8,226 nucleotides of DNA, from the NCBI GenBank assembly GCA_000004985.1, contig GG739079.1, one strand, 5' to 3'. The notes under the pieces were generated by a model. It did no database searches. It was not told where the DNA came from and saw nothing but the letters and a program-made list of their open reading frames with translations. The DNA comes from Naegleria gruberi. Lineage: Eukaryota. Below are positions 1 to 7,824 of the stretch, piece by piece (within the stretch, counting starts at the first letter, position 1; every line of letters begins with the position of its first letter). The translations under genes were made by a program, and so were the position numbers.

Positions 1-1008
1 CAACTTTCTTTCTGGATGGTTTTCACTCCATTTCTTGATGAATGGAATAAAATCTCTATCATAAAGCCAATCCAATCCACCCTGTGGTATGCTCCAAGAT
101 TTTGTGAGATTATCGTAAATTTCACCACTGTTAGGATAGAGAATGATGGAAATATCCTTTCTGAGATGAGTGTGAATATTTTCAATTAAAATTGGAACTA
201 TAGATGGAGAAATACAGTTAGCCCCAACAGCAAAAATCTCAAATAATGATGGATTAAACCTATCTTGATTGACATACTCGACACATTTCTCAATACTTTC
301 TCCATGTCCAGTGTGTAAGCCATCTTTACAATAGAATGATATCATCACTTTGATACCTTTCTTATTCAACTCCTTCAAAATATCTGGAATGACTCGATCA
401 CATAAAATTTCAACTTCCTTCAAAACAGGCATTGTCTCCAACAAGATAAAATCTGGCTCAGCCAATATCAATTCTCTCACTCTTGGATAGTGAAAATCAT
501 AAATTACTTGTTCCATTCCAGATTTTTCCAAAGTTTCACCCAATTTTTCACTCAATTGTTTCACAAACTTGTGAACATAATGTCCACTATTTGAATCAAC
601 ATCCTTATCCAAATAATCACCAAAATATTCCTTTGCCTCTCCAAGTAAATTTGAAATTGATGCTCCAAAACAACTAACACTTGCAGCCACCAATTTCTCC
701 TTCTCTCTAACAACTTTTCTAGCAATCTGAACAGAATCCCGAAACATCCTACTGGCCAATTCAATTCTTTCCTCCTCCTTCATTGAAACATGATCAGCAG
801 CAAGTCCCTCCTGAGAAATTTGATAACTACTACTTGTGCAAATATCACACAATCCCTCATGAACATAATCGGAATGTACCTTCGCGATGGCTTTCGGATT
901 TTCCAGTAAATAATTTGCTCCCCACAAGGAACCATTCAATTCTAGTCCTAATTCTGTCATGTATGTAGAAATACCTCCATCGAGTATTAGAATTTTCTGT
1001 AATTTCAT
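1..1008 (-). CDS. Homocysteine S-methyltransferase (Hcy-binding domain, Pfam S-methyl_trans-like); 5' complete (ATG at 1006..1008), 3' end beyond window edge; no introns over 336 codons
   Basis: Hand translation of the minus strand from ATG 1008 to position 1 is uninterrupted (MKLQKILILDGGISTYMTELGLELNGSLWGANYLLENPKAIAKVHSDYVHEG...YPNSGEIYDNL...). Signature motifs of the Hcy-binding domain are present in the right order: DGG (973..981), DFILLETMP (427..453, cf. D-x-x-x-FET-x-P), GANC (214..225, zinc-ligand Cys motif GxNC) and YPNSGE (121..138). The C-terminal CC zinc ligands would lie beyond position 1. The track did not list this ORF because it has no stop inside the window. Confidence 0.85.
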   Translation of the reverse strand, partial: MKLQKILILDGGISTYMTELGLELNGSLWGANYLLENPKAIAKVHSDYVHEGLCDICTSSSYQISQEGLAADHVSMKEEERIELASRMFRDSVQIARKVVREKEKLVAASVSCFGASISNLLGEAKEYFGDYLDKDVDSNSGHYVHKFVKQLSEKLGETLEKSGMEQVIYDFHYPRVRELILAEPDFILLETMPVLKEVEILCDRVIPDILKELNKKGIKVMISFYCKDGLHTGHGESIEKCVEYVNQDRFNPSLFEIFAVGANCISPSIVPILIENIHTHLRKDISIILYPNSGEIYDNLTKSWSIPQGGLDWLYDRDFIPFIKKWSENHPERKL

Positions 1009-1117
1009 TATTAAAGAGTAAGAATATTAAATAATTTTAATATATTATTAAAACAAGATGATATTAAAGTTTCTTAAAATAAATTGGAAGGAAATTTACT
1101 TGATTGCTTTCAGACAT
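1009..1117 (-). promoter_or_regulatory. AT-rich 5' flank of the methyltransferase gene; TATA-like TATATTAAAA and A-run before the ATG; possible core promoter / 5'UTR
   Basis: Sequence immediately upstream (minus orientation) of ATG 1008 is >80% AT with TATA-like strings (..taataatatattaaaattatttaatatt..). This is a position-based inference only. Confidence 0.25.
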
Positions 1118-1143
1118 TTTTTTTTAAATGTAATTTTTGATTT

Positions 1144-1354
1144 TTTCAATTACAGATTTTTATTAAATTATTGAGATTTAAGTCAAGAGAATCAAAAATC
1201 TTACGGAATCTAATGAAATTGCGTTTCAATACTTAGTAAAAAACCTTGAGATTTGAAAGATCCATTTCAACAGTTTTCAATAGACTCAATGAAAGTTCAA
1301 TTTGGAAACAAAATTCAAATATTGGAAACCACAAGTTAAAACAACTTTTTCAAT
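1144..1354 (+). repeat. Dispersed cluster of ~7 TTCAAT/TTCAAC heptamer-like motifs (ATTGAA on the gene strand) in the intergenic region between two tandem minus-strand genes
   Basis: TTTCAAT at 1144, 1224, 1275, 1348; TTTCAAC at 1265; GTTCAAT at 1295; CTCAATG at 1286; ATTCAAA at 1313. They all sit on one strand within ~210 nt. Even for AT-rich DNA, a hexamer would be expected less than once in that span. Confidence 0.3.
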
Positions 1355-1526
1355 AAAACTAATCGAGTAGATGATGAGTTTAATCATTCAGTAGCAATCA
1401 TACAGCAAATAAATACGACGACGCCGAAAGCTGCAGGCCAGGATCATGGATGGTGATTGCTGTGAAAACCCTGAAGTGTTCTCTGCAGTTTTATCTTTTT
1501 TGGATGTAAATATTACATAATCTTGT

Positions 1527-1532
1527 TTTATT
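1527..1532 (-). promoter_or_regulatory. Canonical polyadenylation signal AATAAA, 16-21 nt downstream of the stop codon at 1548..1550
   Basis: Minus-strand reads taa agtgtccaaagatgc AATAAA acaag. Position relative to the stop is typical of a eukaryotic poly(A) signal. Confidence 0.4.
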
Positions 1533-1547
1533 GCATCTTTGGACACT

Positions 1548-1702
1548 TTAAAAAGAAACAAGATCAGTAAATTCCACAACTTTTGGATCTAAATTGTAAG
1601 CTACTCTCACAATTTCTGGATTATTTCTCAGAGTTTCACTTGCAAATTCTAATGCCATGGGCGTTGTCTTGATGCATTGAAGAACAATTTCCTCATCATT
1701 TC
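1548..1702 (-). CDS. C-terminal fragment (50 aa + stop) of an unidentified protein, truncated upstream by the assembly gap: ...NDEEIVLQCIKTTPMALEFASETLRNNPEIVRVAYNLDPKVVEFTDLVSF*
   Basis: The minus-strand frame that is open for all 51 codons from the gap edge to TAA (1548..1550) is not the frame reported in the track. The track frame terminates after 18 codons at TAG 1649..1651. The longer frame has protein-like composition and is followed by AATAAA. It may or may not belong to the same gene as the fragment on the other side of the gap. Confidence 0.45.
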
Positions 1703-4700
1703 NNNNNNNNNNNNNNNNNNNNNNNNNNNNNNNNNNNNNNNNNNNNNNNNNNNNNNNNNNNNNNNNNNNNNNNNNNNNNNNNNNNNNNNNNNNNNNNNNN
1801 NNNNNNNNNNNNNNNNNNNNNNNNNNNNNNNNNNNNNNNNNNNNNNNNNNNNNNNNNNNNNNNNNNNNNNNNNNNNNNNNNNNNNNNNNNNNNNNNNNNN
1901 NNNNNNNNNNNNNNNNNNNNNNNNNNNNNNNNNNNNNNNNNNNNNNNNNNNNNNNNNNNNNNNNNNNNNNNNNNNNNNNNNNNNNNNNNNNNNNNNNNNN
2001 NNNNNNNNNNNNNNNNNNNNNNNNNNNNNNNNNNNNNNNNNNNNNNNNNNNNNNNNNNNNNNNNNNNNNNNNNNNNNNNNNNNNNNNNNNNNNNNNNNNN
2101 NNNNNNNNNNNNNNNNNNNNNNNNNNNNNNNNNNNNNNNNNNNNNNNNNNNNNNNNNNNNNNNNNNNNNNNNNNNNNNNNNNNNNNNNNNNNNNNNNNNN
2201 NNNNNNNNNNNNNNNNNNNNNNNNNNNNNNNNNNNNNNNNNNNNNNNNNNNNNNNNNNNNNNNNNNNNNNNNNNNNNNNNNNNNNNNNNNNNNNNNNNNN
2301 NNNNNNNNNNNNNNNNNNNNNNNNNNNNNNNNNNNNNNNNNNNNNNNNNNNNNNNNNNNNNNNNNNNNNNNNNNNNNNNNNNNNNNNNNNNNNNNNNNNN
2401 NNNNNNNNNNNNNNNNNNNNNNNNNNNNNNNNNNNNNNNNNNNNNNNNNNNNNNNNNNNNNNNNNNNNNNNNNNNNNNNNNNNNNNNNNNNNNNNNNNNN
2501 NNNNNNNNNNNNNNNNNNNNNNNNNNNNNNNNNNNNNNNNNNNNNNNNNNNNNNNNNNNNNNNNNNNNNNNNNNNNNNNNNNNNNNNNNNNNNNNNNNNN
2601 NNNNNNNNNNNNNNNNNNNNNNNNNNNNNNNNNNNNNNNNNNNNNNNNNNNNNNNNNNNNNNNNNNNNNNNNNNNNNNNNNNNNNNNNNNNNNNNNNNNN
2701 NNNNNNNNNNNNNNNNNNNNNNNNNNNNNNNNNNNNNNNNNNNNNNNNNNNNNNNNNNNNNNNNNNNNNNNNNNNNNNNNNNNNNNNNNNNNNNNNNNNN
2801 NNNNNNNNNNNNNNNNNNNNNNNNNNNNNNNNNNNNNNNNNNNNNNNNNNNNNNNNNNNNNNNNNNNNNNNNNNNNNNNNNNNNNNNNNNNNNNNNNNNN
2901 NNNNNNNNNNNNNNNNNNNNNNNNNNNNNNNNNNNNNNNNNNNNNNNNNNNNNNNNNNNNNNNNNNNNNNNNNNNNNNNNNNNNNNNNNNNNNNNNNNNN
3001 NNNNNNNNNNNNNNNNNNNNNNNNNNNNNNNNNNNNNNNNNNNNNNNNNNNNNNNNNNNNNNNNNNNNNNNNNNNNNNNNNNNNNNNNNNNNNNNNNNNN
3101 NNNNNNNNNNNNNNNNNNNNNNNNNNNNNNNNNNNNNNNNNNNNNNNNNNNNNNNNNNNNNNNNNNNNNNNNNNNNNNNNNNNNNNNNNNNNNNNNNNNN
3201 NNNNNNNNNNNNNNNNNNNNNNNNNNNNNNNNNNNNNNNNNNNNNNNNNNNNNNNNNNNNNNNNNNNNNNNNNNNNNNNNNNNNNNNNNNNNNNNNNNNN
3301 NNNNNNNNNNNNNNNNNNNNNNNNNNNNNNNNNNNNNNNNNNNNNNNNNNNNNNNNNNNNNNNNNNNNNNNNNNNNNNNNNNNNNNNNNNNNNNNNNNNN
3401 NNNNNNNNNNNNNNNNNNNNNNNNNNNNNNNNNNNNNNNNNNNNNNNNNNNNNNNNNNNNNNNNNNNNNNNNNNNNNNNNNNNNNNNNNNNNNNNNNNNN
3501 NNNNNNNNNNNNNNNNNNNNNNNNNNNNNNNNNNNNNNNNNNNNNNNNNNNNNNNNNNNNNNNNNNNNNNNNNNNNNNNNNNNNNNNNNNNNNNNNNNNN
3601 NNNNNNNNNNNNNNNNNNNNNNNNNNNNNNNNNNNNNNNNNNNNNNNNNNNNNNNNNNNNNNNNNNNNNNNNNNNNNNNNNNNNNNNNNNNNNNNNNNNN
3701 NNNNNNNNNNNNNNNNNNNNNNNNNNNNNNNNNNNNNNNNNNNNNNNNNNNNNNNNNNNNNNNNNNNNNNNNNNNNNNNNNNNNNNNNNNNNNNNNNNNN
3801 NNNNNNNNNNNNNNNNNNNNNNNNNNNNNNNNNNNNNNNNNNNNNNNNNNNNNNNNNNNNNNNNNNNNNNNNNNNNNNNNNNNNNNNNNNNNNNNNNNNN
3901 NNNNNNNNNNNNNNNNNNNNNNNNNNNNNNNNNNNNNNNNNNNNNNNNNNNNNNNNNNNNNNNNNNNNNNNNNNNNNNNNNNNNNNNNNNNNNNNNNNNN
4001 NNNNNNNNNNNNNNNNNNNNNNNNNNNNNNNNNNNNNNNNNNNNNNNNNNNNNNNNNNNNNNNNNNNNNNNNNNNNNNNNNNNNNNNNNNNNNNNNNNNN
4101 NNNNNNNNNNNNNNNNNNNNNNNNNNNNNNNNNNNNNNNNNNNNNNNNNNNNNNNNNNNNNNNNNNNNNNNNNNNNNNNNNNNNNNNNNNNNNNNNNNNN
4201 NNNNNNNNNNNNNNNNNNNNNNNNNNNNNNNNNNNNNNNNNNNNNNNNNNNNNNNNNNNNNNNNNNNNNNNNNNNNNNNNNNNNNNNNNNNNNNNNNNNN
4301 NNNNNNNNNNNNNNNNNNNNNNNNNNNNNNNNNNNNNNNNNNNNNNNNNNNNNNNNNNNNNNNNNNNNNNNNNNNNNNNNNNNNNNNNNNNNNNNNNNNN
4401 NNNNNNNNNNNNNNNNNNNNNNNNNNNNNNNNNNNNNNNNNNNNNNNNNNNNNNNNNNNNNNNNNNNNNNNNNNNNNNNNNNNNNNNNNNNNNNNNNNNN
4501 NNNNNNNNNNNNNNNNNNNNNNNNNNNNNNNNNNNNNNNNNNNNNNNNNNNNNNNNNNNNNNNNNNNNNNNNNNNNNNNNNNNNNNNNNNNNNNNNNNNN
4601 NNNNNNNNNNNNNNNNNNNNNNNNNNNNNNNNNNNNNNNNNNNNNNNNNNNNNNNNNNNNNNNNNNNNNNNNNNNNNNNNNNNNNNNNNNNNNNNNNNNN

Positions 4701-5595
4701 NNNNNNNNNNNNNNNNNNNNNNNNNNNNNNNNNNNNNNNNNNNNNNNNNNNNNNNNNNNNNNNNNNNNNNNNNNNNNNNNNNNNNNNNNNNNNNNNNNNN
4801 NNNNNNNNNNNNNNNNNNNNNNNNNNNNNNNNNNNNNNNNNNNNNNNNNNNNNNNNNNNNNNNNNNNNNNNNNNNNNNNNNNNNNNNNNNNNNNNNNNNN
4901 NNNNNNNNNNNNNNNNNNNNNNNNNNNNNNNNNNNNNNNNNNNNNNNNNNNNNNNNNNNNNNNNNNNNNNNNNNNNNNNNNNNNNNNNNNNNNNNNNNNN
5001 NNNNNNNNNNNNNNNNNNNNNNNNNNNNNNNNNNNNNNNNNNNNNNNNNNNNNNNNNNNNNNNNNNNNNNNNNNNNNNNNNNNNNNNNNNNNNNNNNNNN
5101 NNNNNNNNNNNNNNNNNNNNNNNNNNNNNNNNNNNNNNNNNNNNNNNNNNNNNNNNNNNNNNNNNNNNNNNNNNNNNNNNNNNNNNNNNNNNNNNNNNNN
5201 NNNNNNNNNNNNNNNNNNNNNNNNNNNNNNNNNNNNNNNNNNNNNNNNNNNNNNNNNNNNNNNNNNNNNNNNNNNNNNNNNNNNNNNNNNNNNNNNNNNN
5301 NNNNNNNNNNNNNNNNNNNNNNNNNNNNNNNNNNNNNNNNNNNNNNNNNNNNNNNNNNNNNNNNNNNNNNNNNNNNNNNNNNNNNNNNNNNNNNNNNNNN
5401 NNNNNNNNNNNNNNNNNNNNNNNNNNNNNNNNNNNNNNNNNNNNNNNNNNNNNNNNNNNNNNNNNNNNNNNNNNNNNNNNNNNNNNNNNNNNNNNNNNNN
5501 NNNNNNNNNNNNNNNNNNNNNNNNNNNNNNNNNNNNNNNNNNNNNNNNNNNNNNNNNNNNNNNNNNNNNNNNNNNNNNNNNNNNNNNNNNNNNNN
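1703..5595. other. Assembly gap: 3,893 consecutive N; true length and content unknown
   Basis: Uninterrupted run of n from 1703 to 5595. All ORFs spanning it (1649..6670 -, 1677..5675 +) are artefacts of X translation. Confidence 0.99.
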
Positions 5596-6595
5596 TTCTT
5601 ACTCTATCTACTAATACCAATATAACTGAAAGCTTATCAAGTTCAATTAAAGTATTCATTGAATTAGGACCATAACCTTGCTGTTCTAATTGTTTACTAA
5701 TATTAGGAGTGTTATCTGTTAATTTCACTACATATACCTTCTTGGATCTATTTTTTAAATAGTTAATCAGAGAAGAAGACAACATATCAGCATGGTCTTT
5801 GCTTTTCAAACGAATTACACCCATAACTGGCTCTTCAGAAAGGTAAATATTTCTAATTATTTCAGCTGAAGTTGTCTTACTTTCATTGATTTTGTTAATT
5901 GCCTCCTCGTACTCTTTAACAACTGCATTGGACGCTTCTTTCATGGTATTAGTATTACCAATGATCTTGTCTTGTTTAAACTCAAGTTCTTCAATAGATC
6001 TATAACTGGGAGTTCCATAGCGTTCTGGAGAGGTTGTCCTAAGATGATTCCAGTCAACATTATTTTCTATTCTAAAGTCATAGTTGCCAAACAGGAGAAC
6101 ATTTGCAGTTGCAGTGACTAACAATATTCCTAAATAAAGTTTTTTTCCTTTTTGTAAAACTTTCTTCCTCTTCTCGTTGATTTGTTTTAAGAAATCATTG
6201 ATGGTACTGTTTTTAGCAATGCCCCAGTGTGCTTCATCATGAACCAAAAGGTGTAACTCATTTTCATTGTCAAATCTTTCAATGAATGAATTAGTTTTTT
6301 CTTTACCAACATTGTCGCTGTTAACAATAACACTAGTGAATGCTGATAGTCCAATGGCCTCTTTAAATAATTCAAAGTCGTCAGAGGTTTGGTTTCTTAG
6401 TGCAGTAAATGTTGGGCCTATTATACACAAGTTAATGGATTTGAATTTTGTTTCCTTATATCCAGCAAGAGAAGATTGCAACCATTTTTCTACAACTTTT
6501 AAAGCAATATTGTATTGTGAACGGTAGATTTTAAGACTTTGGAAGGACAACAATTCAGAGTTGTCTGGTGTAATTACTTCAGGTGCAACCAACAT
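5596..6595 (-). CDS. N-terminal 333 codons of an SF2 (DExH-type) helicase-like protein, 3' end lost in the gap; motif II DEAH and motif III TAT present, canonical Walker A not visible
   Basis: Track ORF frame is open from 6670 to the gap. First ATG at 6593..6595 (MLVAPEV...) follows an A-run (aaaaaaaATG). The track's own M is a TTG. LHLLVHDEAHWG (DEAH at 6227..6238) is followed 38 aa later by LGILLVTATA (TAT at 6107..6115), the classic motif II-III spacing. The distal part (PVMGVIRLKSKDHADMLSSSL...KVYVV...SVILVLVDRVR) resembles helicase domain 2 motifs IV/V. Where a P-loop would be expected, the sequence is IIGPTFTA (6401..6418) instead of GxGKT. No exact family can be assigned from sequence alone. 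Confidence 0.65.
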
Positions 6596-6783
6596 TTTTT
6601 TTAAATATTTTTTAACATTGACTTGTTTATTACAACAGATTTTTGTGTTTTTTTTGGACCAATCTCTCAAAACAGTACATTACGCAACACTTTTAACATT
6701 TTATTTCAGTTAGGATTTGATTATTTATGATTCTTATGGATTAGTTTGTTGGAGACAGGATATTTTTCCTGCTGGTCCAGTAA

Positions 6784-7091
6784 TACAATGGAAACAATTG
6801 TGATCAACCAATTTGTTACAAGAAGAATGCCACCGATGCTTGTAGCTATCATGGTAAATGTGTTTCGTATAATAATGGTGTTTGTAATGATGGTATGGAA
6901 ATAAATGTGAAAGTTTTGTTAATTGTTTTGGCAAGTTGAAGAATGATTCAATGGTTTGTTCAGGCAATGGTAATTGTTCTTCTCCAAACAATTGCACATG
7001 CTCGCAAGGTTTTCTTGGCTATGATTGTAGTATTCATACTTGTTCTGGACTTTCGTATAATAATTCTCAAGTATGCTTAGCAAAATCATAG
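6784..7091 (+). CDS. Cysteine-rich EGF-like (tenascin-type EGF) coding region in two frames; needs a short intron (6893..6963, 71 nt, or 6884..6963, 80 nt) or a +1 frameshift; no start codon identified (partial exon(s) or pseudogene)
   Basis: Frame A (6784..6892) reads YNGNNCDQPICYKKNATDACSYHGKCVSYNNGVCNDG, then a stop at 6937. Frame B (open 6891..7091, stop TAG 7089..7091) reads ...MVCSGNGNCSSPNNCTCSQGFLGYDCSIHTCSGLSYNNSQVCLAKS*. C-S-G-x-G-x-C-x5-C-x-C-x2-G-F-x-G-x-D-C-S is the tenascin/teneurin-type EGF consensus, and C-S-x-H-G-x-C is its first half. GTATGG at 6893 or GTAATG at 6884, joined to the acceptor ttgttCAG at 6961..6963, restores a single frame. Frame A has a TAA at 6781..6783, no ATG and no upstream YAG, so the 5' boundary is unresolved. 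Confidence 0.5.
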
Positions 7092-7485
7092 ACAGAAAAT
7101 CAAGATGAAGATTGTCACCATATTCCTCTCATTATTAAACTAATACAGAAGATATGGATAATTAATACTTTTGGAAGTTAATCCCAAATCTCAAATGGAA
7201 GGTATGTTTTTTACAATAATTTTGAATTCAATATTTTTGTCAAAAAAATTGAATATTCAAGAGAAATGCTTCAAGATAAGAATAGAGTAATTGTCAGACC
7301 ACGCGTCTAGTAATCCAATTGGAAGTTTCTTTGGAGTTCCATATAATAAATCCAAAGCATTTGATATTATGACTATTGATATTCATACAGTTGAGAATAA
7401 TCAAATTGAAACTATTTATCACGAAGAAGAATGGACTCTTACCATTACACAATTATCTGGAAAGTAAATATTAACATGATTGACT

Positions 7486-7824
7486 TCATAAATTAATGAC
7501 ATCTCTTTTTGGACAATCAGTGACCAACCATTGATAGTAGAATGCTTGTGGTGATAATGGCACATTACCTTCCTCTAATACAATGGCAAGCTTTGGCCTT
7601 TGAGAAATTAGTGTTTCTAATAGTTCAAGTTTAGGCTCAGTTTGTAGATTTAGATATTCAAGTTGCGGCCAGCAATTAATGTTTTCTAGTAAAAAATTAA
7701 AGAGACCTAAATGAGTGCTTTCAATAACTTTCAAGTTGGGAAATGATTCTGTGAGAATTGAATACATTCTTTTAGAATCTCTGTAATTGGATCCAATCAA
7801 ATTTCCCACCCAAATCCTTTCCAT
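7486..7824 (-). CDS. 112-aa ORF with RNI-like leucine-rich-repeat character (F-box/LRR-type C-terminal region?); may be the 3' exon of a longer gene
   Basis: ATG at 7822..7824, TGA at 7486..7488. The sequence ...FPNLKVIESTHLGLFNFLLENINCWPQLEYLNLQTEPKLELLETL... fits the LxxLxLxxCxxL pattern of RNI-like LRRs. 112 stop-free codons is unlikely by chance in this AT-rich window. Product assignment is pattern-based only. Confidence 0.5.
   Translation of the reverse strand: MERIWVGNLIGSNYRDSKRMYSILTESFPNLKVIESTHLGLFNFLLENINCWPQLEYLNLQTEPKLELLETLISQRPKLAIVLEEGNVPLSPQAFYYQWLVTDCPKRDVINL

Noticed and set aside
483-968. Small ORFs 483..677 (+), 561..764 (-), 783..968 (+)
   Set aside because: All lie inside the homocysteine S-methyltransferase coding region, either antisense or in another frame. 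The HMT frame is continuous and motif-supported, and these show no protein-like features.
1388-1579. Minus-strand 63-aa ORF MWNLLILFLF...
   Set aside because: It overlaps the better-supported C-terminal coding frame (1548..1702) and its AATAAA/3' flank in a different frame. It starts inside that gene's 3' end and has low-complexity composition.
1677-5675. Plus-strand 1332-aa ORF spanning the N-run
   Set aside because: It consists almost entirely of X from translating N. The only real sequence is a few codons at each end. It is an artefact.
6187-6527. ORFs 6187..6375 (-) and 6267..6527 (+)
   Set aside because: They are embedded in the helicase-like CDS in alternative or antisense frames. The helicase frame carries DEAH/TAT motifs and these do not.
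6788-6904. Plus-strand 38-codon hydrophobic ORF METIVINQFVTRRMPPMLVAIMVNVFRIIMVFVMMVWK from ATG 6788
   Set aside because: It is the +1 frame of the cysteine-rich EGF-like coding segment. Its hydrophobic character follows from T-rich second codon positions in that frame. It is more likely an incidental overlap than a micropeptide, although it does contain the only ATG near the EGF region.
6734-6997. Minus-strand 87-aa ORF rich in H/Y/K (MQLFGEEQ...)
   Set aside because: It is antisense to the EGF-like cysteine-rich coding region. Its biased composition is what the reverse complement of Cys/Asn/Gly-rich coding sequence would produce. It has no independent support.
7615-7645. tRNA-like T-loop string (agTTCAAGtttaggctcag)
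   Set aside because: No acceptor stem, D-arm or anticodon arm in the correct order on either strand. It lies within the LRR coding frame.
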